DNA from: a virus
Reading direction: 5' to 3' (one strand)
IMG/VR virus record: IMGVR_UViG_3300008108_000067
Coordinates: 1 to 64,000 of that record
DNA length: 64,000 bases
Shown: positions 49,229 through 58,772 of the stretch, in pieces
How the letters are laid out: each line of letters begins with the position of its first letter
Position numbering within the stretch: position 1 is the stretch's first letter
Program-made: the position numbers and the translations under genes
Notes under the pieces: model-generated
What the model saw: the letters and a program-made list of their open reading frames with translations, nothing else
Databases searched by the model: none
What the model was told of the DNA's origin: nothing

Positions 49229-50758
49229 TTAGAATTGGTTGGATGTATTTCTGTCATCACCGAAGTTTCTATTTCCATCATCATCAATGGTAATTGGACC
49301 ACCACCGCCACCACGGCCTACATTACGATTGTTGAAATCATCAACGGTAGTTCTAGGCCCATCGGTACGTGGACCTGTGCGTGGTCTGATACATACGCCC
49401 AAGTTTCCACCGACACCATCACCGTCATCACATACTAATCCTGGACAGCAGCTTCCTGAATCACATGCTTCACCTTCTTCCAAGCATCGCGTTTCATATC
49501 TACACGTTCCATTATCTCTTACAGCGTAAGGATTGTAGTTTATAGCAGATTTGTCCATACAACCAGTTACATAAATACACGAACCATCATTTTGTGTTGC
49601 ATCGGGATTATAATTGGTTGCTTGTTGATCTGTACATCCTACACGTGCAGGAGTTCCTGTGTATTCATCTGAACACGATTCACGACATCCGCCAACAAAA
49701 GTATCTTGAATTAATCGACAGACATTTGTGTATGATGGATCCTGATTGACCGGTAATCCTGTTTGTGTAATTTTACCAATTTCCAAACACGGTTCTATTT
49801 TTTTATCATATGTACAACACGAATTATTTACACATGGTTCTATATTATCACCTTGTACGTAATTATTTGCTAGCGGATCTGTACATCCTGTAAATTTACA
49901 TGTGTTATTATCTTTTTCCGCTCGTCTATCGTAATTAAACGCAAATGGATTTGTACATCCAAAAATGTATTGAATACACGTACCATTATCTAGTACAGCA
50001 CTAGGATCATAATTTTTTGCATTTCTGTCCGTACATCCTTGTATTACTGGTGGTAATGGATCAGTTCCTCTGTATTGACAGCAACCTTCACATGAAGTAT
50101 TTGCATCTGCATTGTAATTTTCTGCATTAATGTCTCTACAACCAATTACTCGTGCAATACAACTTCCATCATCTTGTGTCGCATTTTGATTATAGTTAAT
50201 AGCATTTACATTAGTACATCCGAGCACTCCTGGTAGTGGTGGTGCTACGAATTGACAGCTACCATCTTCCATATTTGCACGTGGATTATAATTTAATGCA
50301 TTAATATTTGTACAACCAAATATTTTTGGTATACATGTACCATCATTACTTGTAGCTTGCGGATTATAGTTCATTGCACTTGCATCGGTACATCCGAATA
50401 CTACCGGCGGAGCAGGTGGAGGAGGAGGCGGTGGTGGTGGGGGTGGTACCGGAATAACAACTGGAACTGCGTTAACGACGAAATTTAATGAATTTGTCAA
50501 TACACCAACAGGATATGTTTCCAATGGCGCAGTTTGAAACGTCACAGTTAGTACTGTACTTTGATTTGGTGCCAACTCAATTCTACTTGGTGAAACCGAA
50601 GCACCTTCTAAATTAGTGGATATATCTGCGGTTAAACTATAATTGGTCGCAATATTTGTAGCCGTAACATTAATCCCCGAAATAGAACGAGATCTTAACT
50701 TGTACGGTACAACTAATTGTGTCTGTGACAGTTGTAGGAAATCTGCTGCGTTTGCCAT
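49229..50758 (-). CDS. Cys-rich repeat protein (GCxDxxAxNYxxxAxxxDGxC repeats)
   Basis: Ig-like N-terminus, poly-Pro linker, about 9 repeats, C-terminal knottin-like Cys cluster. Confidence 0.7.
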   Translation of the reverse strand: MANAADFLQLSQTQLVVPYKLRSRSISGINVTATNIATNYSLTADISTNLEGASVSPSRIELAPNQSTVLTVTFQTAPLETYPVGVLTNSLNFVVNAVPVVIPVPPPPPPPPPPPAPPVVFGCTDASAMNYNPQATSNDGTCIPKIFGCTNINALNYNPRANMEDGSCQFVAPPLPGVLGCTNVNAINYNQNATQDDGSCIARVIGCRDINAENYNADANTSCEGCCQYRGTDPLPPVIQGCTDRNAKNYDPSAVLDNGTCIQYIFGCTNPFAFNYDRRAEKDNNTCKFTGCTDPLANNYVQGDNIEPCVNNSCCTYDKKIEPCLEIGKITQTGLPVNQDPSYTNVCRLIQDTFVGGCRESCSDEYTGTPARVGCTDQQATNYNPDATQNDGSCIYVTGCMDKSAINYNPYAVRDNGTCRYETRCLEEGEACDSGSCCPGLVCDDGDGVGGNLGVCIRPRTGPRTDGPRTTVDDFNNRNVGRGGGGGPITIDDDGNRNFGDDRNTSNQF

Positions 50759-50766
50759 ATGTTACC

Positions 50767-51645
50767 TCAAATATATCTAATTTGATTTTGAGTAAATAGA
50801 TTAATATTGTTGTTTGTTAGAGCATTATCAATTGCTTTTTCGATAATTGCAACAATTTCGTTTTCTTGTAATCTATCAAATTGTTTTGAACTTCTTGTAA
50901 CTTCCAATAAATTTATGAACTCATCATAAATAGCTGCTGATATGAATTCTATGGTAAGATTTAGGTTATCTGGGAGTTCTGCTTCCAAATTTGTTAACTG
51001 CGCCACTATGTCGGGATTTAAATCTTCCAAAAATTCATTTATTTTTGCTACGTATTCATTAATCTGTGCTTGTTCGTCTGGTGTCTGTGTGATTATATCG
51101 TTTTGACCGACGCCGATTGTACCACCCACCAACCCTGCAGCAAGAACTCGTGGTACACTTGGTTCCACAAATTCAAATAATTCACCTTGCTCAACCTCTG
51201 TAAATGCCGTGTTGAATCCTAAACGTAACTCCGTGCGTGATGGAGATACTTCTTCGATAGTCATTTTTCTATCGGTGTATGTACCAATTTCATCCGAAAA
51301 TAAGTTGATAATAGTGGTGTATGTGCCAGGAGGAATTATTAATCCCAATTCCTTCTGTACTCGTGTCATGTTAATAATTATTTTTTCATCTTTACTATTG
51401 TCAGGTAATAACACCGTTTTTGCACTGATTATTCCCGAACTTACTGGTATGAGTACCGACCCCACCAAATTATTCACCGAATCGTAAAAATGCATCTCAA
51501 TATTATCATCTATATCGAATCCAAATTCTGCCGGTAATCTACCTTCAATTATATCAATATCCGATTCGGATTCTGCAATACGAGAAATTGGAAATGACTG
51601 TGGTTTGTTTGGTATTACTTGTACGTAGTTTGTTTGATTTGGCAT
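50767..51645 (-). CDS. Hypothetical baseplate-region protein
   Basis: IEEVSPSRTELRL; lies in the structural block. Confidence 0.5.
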   Translation of the reverse strand: MPNQTNYVQVIPNKPQSFPISRIAESESDIDIIEGRLPAEFGFDIDDNIEMHFYDSVNNLVGSVLIPVSSGIISAKTVLLPDNSKDEKIIINMTRVQKELGLIIPPGTYTTIINLFSDEIGTYTDRKMTIEEVSPSRTELRLGFNTAFTEVEQGELFEFVEPSVPRVLAAGLVGGTIGVGQNDIITQTPDEQAQINEYVAKINEFLEDLNPDIVAQLTNLEAELPDNLNLTIEFISAAIYDEFINLLEVTRSSKQFDRLQENEIVAIIEKAIDNALTNNNINLFTQNQIRYI

Positions 51646-51648
51646 AGA

Positions 51649-52869
51649 TTAACAATCCTTCGCTAAAATATCTTCTAATTTTTTCTTTGTTTCTCTCAAA
51701 CTAATTAAAATTTCATTTTTAGTCATACCAACAGTTGTTCTGCCTAGTAGTGATTCGGTTATACGACCAGGAGCTAAAGGTAAAGCCAACACAGAACCTA
51801 GTAATTGTCCTGCAACACCTGCTTTAGATGCCACTCGTGTAATAGCGCCTGCTGCTCTAGCAAATATACCAACTTTTTGTTTTTTCTTACCGTATCCAGG
51901 AATTGGCCCGTTTGATGCTTCTTGCTTAGCAATTTCTTCATCAATTGTTTTAAGTTTTTCTTCAATATCGGTACGTTTAACAGTACGTTGTGATTTTTTA
52001 CCAATGCCCAAGAATCCTTTCTTTCCGTTAGCAACAATAATTTCTTTACATTGTCCATCTTCATTATACTTAGATTCTGCCTGGACTGTTTCTTCTACCG
52101 CTTGTATACCACTATTCAATAATGTAATTGCTTGATTAATAGTGTTGATACCACTGGCTTTTCCGGCAACTAGTGGTAATCGTTGAATTAAATCTTCTTC
52201 CAATACTTCTGGTGTAGGATCAATAATATCTTCGGCACCATCGGTTTGTCCATAATCATCAGTTAATCCAACAATGTCAAGTGCACTGAGTTCATCAAAT
52301 TCTTCGGGTGACAATATTGCTTCTGGTTCTGGGTCTTGTGCATTAAGTGCTGATGCAAATCCTTCGTCAAGTGCCGTATCAATTGCTTCGTTAGCTTCAT
52401 TAATTGCATCTTCATCACCAGCATCAAGTGCAGCATTTAAATCGTCAAGTGACAATGCTGCCTGTAATGCAGCATCACGTTGTTGTCGTAATGAATCAAG
52501 AGTTGTATCGTCTGGTAATGCCAAATCATCTGTAATTTCTTGAAAGAAATTATCTATTGGAACTACTTGATACATGTCACGCACAACAGAATTTGGATAA
52601 TATTGTGGTGTGGTGATATCTGTTGCACCGATTGGTAGTTTCACCACTGGAACGTTATTGGCCGTACGTTCCACCATACTTTCACTTGGTAATCCCAAAA
52701 CGTCTGATCTACTAGTAGCAATATATCTTGGTGTAAAAAATTGTGTTTCGGCAGTAAATGATACTACTTCACCATCACTTAGTGGAATACGTAGTGTTAA
52801 ATCAGATGACCCTGTGACGAAATCCGGAGCTTCTACAACAGTCTTATCTATTACCGTTAATATTGGCAT
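51649..52869 (-). CDS. Hypothetical protein
   Basis: 406 aa; acidic middle, basic C-terminus. Confidence 0.5.
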   Translation of the reverse strand: MPILTVIDKTVVEAPDFVTGSSDLTLRIPLSDGEVVSFTAETQFFTPRYIATSRSDVLGLPSESMVERTANNVPVVKLPIGATDITTPQYYPNSVVRDMYQVVPIDNFFQEITDDLALPDDTTLDSLRQQRDAALQAALSLDDLNAALDAGDEDAINEANEAIDTALDEGFASALNAQDPEPEAILSPEEFDELSALDIVGLTDDYGQTDGAEDIIDPTPEVLEEDLIQRLPLVAGKASGINTINQAITLLNSGIQAVEETVQAESKYNEDGQCKEIIVANGKKGFLGIGKKSQRTVKRTDIEEKLKTIDEEIAKQEASNGPIPGYGKKKQKVGIFARAAGAITRVASKAGVAGQLLGSVLALPLAPGRITESLLGRTTVGMTKNEILISLRETKKKLEDILAKDC

Positions 52870-52870
52870 A

Positions 52871-53596
52871 TTATTTTACTTCCGTAACTGAAAGTTGTTT
52901 ATCTACCACCGCACTTTGTAACTTCGCTAATTTATCCATATACCCTGCTCTTCGTAATAACTTAAATGCAAGATTCTCTGTGGAAAATTCTCCACCCAAT
53001 TGTAATCCAGATTGTCTAAACTTACCCAACTTGTCACGAAACTTTTCAATTTTTTTATCCAATCCGTCAAGTTGGTCAGCTTGAAATTGTTTTACTAATT
53101 GATTAAACATTCCTACAAAATATTTTACCTTAGTCATTACATCTTGTTCATCATATGCGGGTGTTTCTTTCTTTGGTTCTTTAATCCATTTGTCCTTCAT
53201 TACACTATACAATCCAGTTGCAACGTGTGGTGAACTTTCATCTTCCGCATACACTTCCACATCGTATCCCTTAATTGTAATGTCGTGTTTGTCATTCCAC
53301 TTTGATTTTGCCAACAAGAAAAACTGTGCTAATAGCTCCTTATCTTTTCCAAAATCAAACAATAAGTGAAGGTCAACATCGGAGTAATCTGAGTAGTTAT
53401 AGTTTGCCAAACTTCCAGTAAATACGATGTCCTTGATTTTTGGTTTGTTTTCTAACTCAATACCATCATAGAACTCTTTTGCAATTCTCAAAAGAGCTTT
53501 ACGAATAGATGGAGTAAGTTTGTTTTCAGGTGTCCAAAACTCTCTATTAAGGTCTGGTTGCACCTTGAACGTTTTAATCAAGTCATCAAACGTCAT
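52871..53596 (-). CDS. Pol-beta-superfamily nucleotidyltransferase
   Basis: TGSLANYNYSDYSDVDLHL (GS...DxD) plus YDVEVY. Confidence 0.75.
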   Translation of the reverse strand: MTFDDLIKTFKVQPDLNREFWTPENKLTPSIRKALLRIAKEFYDGIELENKPKIKDIVFTGSLANYNYSDYSDVDLHLLFDFGKDKELLAQFFLLAKSKWNDKHDITIKGYDVEVYAEDESSPHVATGLYSVMKDKWIKEPKKETPAYDEQDVMTKVKYFVGMFNQLVKQFQADQLDGLDKKIEKFRDKLGKFRQSGLQLGGEFSTENLAFKLLRRAGYMDKLAKLQSAVVDKQLSVTEVK

Positions 53597-53597
53597 T

Positions 53598-54629
53598 TTA
53601 CTTTACCAAGAATGTGAATATTTCGGGAATGATGTTCGTGTCATCAGTACCATTTTCAAGATGTAAATTTACTGTATAATATCTGTTCTTATATAATGGT
53701 GTGGTATCTAACACGAAATATGAACCCGTTGCATCACAACTTAATTTAGCATATTGGTCTGCTGGGTAAATTGTGGTTCCTGCTTGTTTATCCACGACAC
53801 TAAAATATGATGAAGTCGGTAAATAATATACATTTTTATATCGTAACGTTGCATCAAAATTCTTTTGTGGATACTTATCACGAACCACAAGTCTTACCTT
53901 TTCTTTTGATCCACGAACGTAATTTTCCTTTACATTTTTTGGAACTACAGCAATGTCATACGTATTTGGAACACGTTTTAAAGATCCTGTGGTAAACGTG
54001 GAATCATCCCACGCAATTTCCAAAACAGGTGCATGTACCGTGTGTGTTTGTTTGGAGAAGAATTTAATGTTTCCTTCGTTATTATAATCCGCCTCTGATG
54101 CGCTTGGAAACTTTAATACAAGTCCAGTCCAAGATAATGATTGTGAGATAATTGGTTGAATTATTGATGATACATCAATACGTAAGTCTTGTAACGGATA
54201 TTCATTAAGAATTACACTAGACGATGGTGTTGTATAATAATCACCACCAGCGTTACTCCAAGATAGCGAGGTTGTTGCTTGTCTCCACGTTGCACCATCC
54301 CCAGCGTTTACAGTTTGTTGATTAAAATATCCACTACCTTCTGCCCACGACCCAGATACCTTTTGGATAATAATTTCTTGTGAATATGGAAGTTTATTTG
54401 CGTTTGCAATTTTTAAATTTAAATAGTACGATGCTGTTGGTGATATTGATGCACTATTTGGTAAATTAAAATTTAATAACGCACGTGCTGCACTACTAGA
54501 ATATGCAATTTCTATATCTTCCGGCGCTGCTACTTTACCAACTTCTAAAATTTCATCCAACCCAGCATTATTGGTTGGAAAACGTTGATACAAAGTTGTA
54601 TCTGCGGATGCGGTTAAAAATATTCTCAT
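53598..54629 (-). CDS. Putative virion structural protein
   Basis: ADTTLY...NAGLDEILEV...IKFFSKQTHTVHAPVLEIAWDD; overlaps the end of the gp6-like gene. Confidence 0.5.
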   Translation of the reverse strand: MRIFLTASADTTLYQRFPTNNAGLDEILEVGKVAAPEDIEIAYSSSAARALLNFNLPNSASISPTASYYLNLKIANANKLPYSQEIIIQKVSGSWAEGSGYFNQQTVNAGDGATWRQATTSLSWSNAGGDYYTTPSSSVILNEYPLQDLRIDVSSIIQPIISQSLSWTGLVLKFPSASEADYNNEGNIKFFSKQTHTVHAPVLEIAWDDSTFTTGSLKRVPNTYDIAVVPKNVKENYVRGSKEKVRLVVRDKYPQKNFDATLRYKNVYYLPTSSYFSVVDKQAGTTIYPADQYAKLSCDATGSYFVLDTTPLYKNRYYTVNLHLENGTDDTNIIPEIFTFLVK

Positions 54630-56569
54630 TGTCTTGCACTTCCTACGATGTCATCTTCTGGATATCTAATTTCGAATATACACGGATCCAATGATGGATA
54701 CACAACCCCGTTTTCAGTAGCTTCGGTGATGTCGTATCTATATGGTTTATAATCTCGTCCATCCTTAAAGAAATACTTATTACTAATTTCTAACTTATTG
54801 ACACTTTGTACACCGTCTTGTGCTTGAATTAACAACTGTAAGTCTCCCAAACGGATTGGTTGGTTGATGTTCCATTTATCAATATCAAAGTAGTCTTTTA
54901 TAGCACCCAAGCATACAGTTAGAACATCATTCATATTATAATTTTTAAATACAGTGATATCAAAAGTGACACCTATATTAACAACGAACGCGTCAAGAAT
55001 ATTAACTTGATCTGTCAACATTCTATATTGAGACAAGTACTGTTGTAAATTTTCCTTGACCAGTTCGTTCAAATTTGTAATCTTTTTATTTTCGTTGTAT
55101 CCCAATACATACAAATTAATTGAATTCTGTTTTGGATTATCCTCAACAAATTGTCTTACAGTTTGGTCAACTTGTTCTGGTGTTGTTAACGCCTGAATTT
55201 TTGATTGAAGTGTATCGGATATAGCAAATACTTTGGCGACAGCGCCATATTTTGCTGGCATTGCCAATGACCGTGCTTCATAGTCTCGACGAGTAACAAC
55301 ACGATTTTGTGCTGAGTACGATGCCAATGCTCGTTGACGAATTTCTTCAACCGTTTCACCATCTAATCCGCCGCGGGCTGGCATTTCATTATACACCGTT
55401 ACTGTACTTATGATATCATTAAACAATGCTAATTCAGTTGAATTTAGTTCCGTTGTTCTATTGATAACATTTAACTGTCCAATCTGTGTAATTGTTCCAG
55501 AAGCAACGTTGGTTTCTACACCACCACCAGTAACATATTCTACTGTCAATGTGGTATTTGCTGGTGCTATACCAAAATTATCTGTGTTTAATAAATCTGT
55601 ATTACTCAACGATACACTTGCTAAGTTCGTTCCATAATCAGAATTTGCTACCTGTTGAGAATCTAGATAGACTATATCTTCCGACACATTACCTCGTCCA
55701 GAACCAAATACTAATTGTGTATATTTTTCGGGAGTTAATCGTGTTGTAAATCTACGTGGAACAGATCTAAATTTTATGGAATATGAAGGACTAACTGATT
55801 CACTTACACTTGCTTGGTACGCTACTTCTCTGTCATCAATTATTGTATCTTGTGCCAAGAAGTCTACTTCATACCAAGGATACCCATCCGAATCAGTTAC
55901 GTTCGTAACGGTAGTTACGTTTGTATCATTAATTGTTACAGTTGAAAATTTTGCTGGATCACCAAAGGTGACAGTTTGCTGACGTACATCACCCGCAATT
56001 ACGTTTACCTTTTTTGTTACAAGATATGTGACGGGTAATAGTGTTACCGAATCTAATTGTCTTGGTACTATTGATCTGTCCGTTGGGTCATTAAAATCCA
56101 CCAAGTCCGTAGTTCTAAATGTAACTATATTCGGACCTTGTGTAGATATTGTAGAGTTTCTATCAATTTTCAAGAAATATGTTGCGTCTGGAATATATCC
56201 GTCAGTTGCACCCAATGCTGGAACTATCTGAGAAATTAAAACTTCTGCTGTTGCTGGAACAATTGTTTTTGGCTTGTACCCCAACGATTGTGCGATGGCA
56301 ATTATATTTTTTTCTTCTTCTGCGTATGCTAATAAATTTTCTTTGAAAGAATTATCTACATAGAAGGATAATACGTCACCAACATATGCAGCCAATTCCA
56401 ACATAATCATACCTGGATTGGCTTCGTTGAAATCTGTCCAAGTTGTTGGATAGTAATTTTTAATAAATGTAATAAGATCACCTTTGAAGTCAACGAACGA
56501 CTTGTTAAGGTATCGTACTTCTTTTGGTGCTACACTTAGTTTTTTTAATACATCATTGGTTGTAGCCAT
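54626..56569 (-). CDS. Baseplate wedge subunit (T4 gp6-like)
   Basis: DFNEANPGMIMLELAAYVGDVLSFY, AQNRVVTRRDY. Confidence 0.85.
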   Translation of the reverse strand: MATTNDVLKKLSVAPKEVRYLNKSFVDFKGDLITFIKNYYPTTWTDFNEANPGMIMLELAAYVGDVLSFYVDNSFKENLLAYAEEEKNIIAIAQSLGYKPKTIVPATAEVLISQIVPALGATDGYIPDATYFLKIDRNSTISTQGPNIVTFRTTDLVDFNDPTDRSIVPRQLDSVTLLPVTYLVTKKVNVIAGDVRQQTVTFGDPAKFSTVTINDTNVTTVTNVTDSDGYPWYEVDFLAQDTIIDDREVAYQASVSESVSPSYSIKFRSVPRRFTTRLTPEKYTQLVFGSGRGNVSEDIVYLDSQQVANSDYGTNLASVSLSNTDLLNTDNFGIAPANTTLTVEYVTGGGVETNVASGTITQIGQLNVINRTTELNSTELALFNDIISTVTVYNEMPARGGLDGETVEEIRQRALASYSAQNRVVTRRDYEARSLAMPAKYGAVAKVFAISDTLQSKIQALTTPEQVDQTVRQFVEDNPKQNSINLYVLGYNENKKITNLNELVKENLQQYLSQYRMLTDQVNILDAFVVNIGVTFDITVFKNYNMNDVLTVCLGAIKDYFDIDKWNINQPIRLGDLQLLIQAQDGVQSVNKLEISNKYFFKDGRDYKPYRYDITEATENGVVYPSLDPCIFEIRYPEDDIVGSARQ

Positions 56570-56581
56570 TGTATATCTCTA

Positions 56582-57025
56582 TTAAAAATTTCTTGTTGTT
56601 AATCTTCCAGAAGCTATCAATCCACCAGTTGGTGATGATCCTAATAAAACTTGGACCTCTTCTGATATCAACGGATTGTTTGCAAAACTATAACGAACAT
56701 ATAAATTTATATCATTGTCGTTAACAAATGTATCTAAATTTAAGACTCGAATTTCTTGTAAGACAAGGTATGGCATAAAAGCATCTACTGCTTCTATGAC
56801 ATACTGTTGTGCTTTATCTTGTATCTCACCATCCTTTTGTTCAAACAATAGTCGCCACAAGTCACATCCAAAATTTGGATTTGCAACTCGTTCTCCTTTT
56901 CTAGTCAAAATTAAATTAATAAATTTTGATTTTTCGTTTGCCAACGGGTCAGGCGTAGTTTGGAAATACCCACGCCCACCACGTTGTAAAGGGAGAGTAG
57001 AACCAAGATAAACAGTTTTTGACAT
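56582..57025 (-). CDS. Baseplate wedge subunit (gp25-like)
   Basis: NLILTRKGERVANPNFGCDL..LLFE. Confidence 0.88.
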   Translation of the reverse strand: MSKTVYLGSTLPLQRGGRGYFQTTPDPLANEKSKFINLILTRKGERVANPNFGCDLWRLLFEQKDGEIQDKAQQYVIEAVDAFMPYLVLQEIRVLNLDTFVNDNDINLYVRYSFANNPLISEEVQVLLGSSPTGGLIASGRLTTRNF

Positions 57026-57026
57026 C

Positions 57027-57374
57027 TTACTTACTCAATCCCAACTTTTTCATTACGGCGCTGTAATCTTTCGTGATAGCTTCTACAGCCGGTTTGAACG
57101 CTGGATCATTTAAATTAACACCTTGTGGGATATTTTCTGGAAGTACCACATTATTTGTGGTTGCCATAATGGTATCTCCGTGGCGTTCCAATCCCATCAT
57201 CGCAGCCAACTTTGAACGGTCAAGTTTTGGCTTACTGGACGCCGATGCAGTTTCGTTAACTTGTTGTATACCTTTAATTTGGGCTACAGCTTCTCCCAAA
57301 AGGTTGGGAAGAATTCTATTAACTTCTTCTTCGACAACGGTTCTGATGTATGCTTTTAGTAATGTTTTGTCCAT
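57027..57374 (-). CDS. Hypothetical protein
   Basis: LKAYIRTVVEEEV N-terminus; AITKDYSAVMKK C-terminus. Confidence 0.55.
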   Translation of the reverse strand: MDKTLLKAYIRTVVEEEVNRILPNLLGEAVAQIKGIQQVNETASASSKPKLDRSKLAAMMGLERHGDTIMATTNNVVLPENIPQGVNLNDPAFKPAVEAITKDYSAVMKKLGLSK

Positions 57375-57455
57375 TTTCTTCTCCTTAAAAAAATAACCAT
57401 TTTTATCACTCTATTTAAATATCAAAAGATATTGAATTTAAACGATTTAAGTGAG

Positions 57456-58769
57456 TTATTGTCCAACACTTAATTGATTTGTTAATTCGGATGCCAATTG
57501 TAATCCTAACTGTCTACTATTAAGTGTTGATGCTAAGTTTTGTGCTGAACTGATAGCGGAATCGACAGACCGTACAGTAGTAAGTCCTTGATTTATTGTA
57601 CCCAATGACCGTTGCTGTACATTTGTTAAAGTTTGTCTTGCTTGTGAAACTCTATTCTGAGCTCTAGTTCTTGTGTTTTGATACTGCGTAATTGCGTTTT
57701 GTTGTTCACGTAATACCTGTGAACTAATATTTCGAGTTTGTTGTATAAGATCATTTCTTGCTCTATTAACTGCTTCGGAACGTATAGCTTGTCTAGTTTG
57801 TAAGTTTGCTCTTGCCTCACGTAACGAATTTCTTGCTTGTGTCAATCCTCGTTGAATTTTGTCTTTCTTAGGATCAACAATTTCAAATCCAGCTTGTTCT
57901 ACAGCTTTTTTGTATGCTTTTTGATAAAATTCCCCATCCTTTTTCTTTAATGTTTCCAAGGCTTTCTTATATTTTGCAAAGAAATTTGCTTTGGTAAAAT
58001 TAAATGTTGGTAATTTAGGAAACTTTGGAAACCGAATGATACGTGGGATTTCTCTTAATTTTAAGATTCTACCAAGAACATCAAGTCCTTTTTTCAATGT
58101 TTCCTTTGCTTTTGGTATGTCTTGAAATAATGCTTTTAAAATTGCCTTCTTGACAGCCTGAGCAGTTTTAATCACAAGTTCTAGTGCAGCTTTTGCTCGT
58201 GTATAAGCCTGTTCTAAGCTATCAAGTTTATCAATCAGTATCGTTAGAGCAGCTGATGCTGCAGCGTCTGGTAAATTTATTAGTGCATTAAATAACGAGG
58301 TAAACTTATTAATCTGATCTTCTAATTTTCTTGTTAGTTTTGTTAGTCTATTAGTTAATTCAGTTAACGCACGTAAATCGTCTAGTTGTTCGACCAATCG
58401 TTTTATTTTTGGGTCTATTCCACGTAATATTCTATCCCGAGGATTCTCTGGAACTATTACCCCGTTAATTTTTCTACGTTGTATTGCGTTTGTCGGTAGT
58501 ACTTGTGGTTTATAATTTTTCAATCTATCCAATGATTGTTCACTAGAACTTATTAATTCTTGTGTTATCTTGGATTGTATTATTGGAAAATTTTGTCCAT
58601 ACTTTTGTACAATACCACCAGGAATTATTTCCGGTCTAAAAGTCGCCAACGCAATAAGTGTTTCCAAGGGAACTTCCCGTGGAATGTTACTGATTGTAGA
58701 TATATTCGAGGTACTATTAGTTGCTCGTTGTAAATAAGCACCAAAATATTGTTCGGATAATGTAGTCAT
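57456..58769 (-). CDS. Hypothetical helical/coiled-coil protein
   Basis: 437-aa ORF in the baseplate block. Confidence 0.5.
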   Translation of the reverse strand: MTTLSEQYFGAYLQRATNSTSNISTISNIPREVPLETLIALATFRPEIIPGGIVQKYGQNFPIIQSKITQELISSSEQSLDRLKNYKPQVLPTNAIQRRKINGVIVPENPRDRILRGIDPKIKRLVEQLDDLRALTELTNRLTKLTRKLEDQINKFTSLFNALINLPDAAASAALTILIDKLDSLEQAYTRAKAALELVIKTAQAVKKAILKALFQDIPKAKETLKKGLDVLGRILKLREIPRIIRFPKFPKLPTFNFTKANFFAKYKKALETLKKKDGEFYQKAYKKAVEQAGFEIVDPKKDKIQRGLTQARNSLREARANLQTRQAIRSEAVNRARNDLIQQTRNISSQVLREQQNAITQYQNTRTRAQNRVSQARQTLTNVQQRSLGTINQGLTTVRSVDSAISSAQNLASTLNSRQLGLQLASELTNQLSVGQ

Positions 58770-58772
58770 AAA

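Noticed and set aside
57456-58769. Tape measure protein
   Set aside because: It is helical but short for a large myovirus and not next to the tube genes; left as hypothetical.
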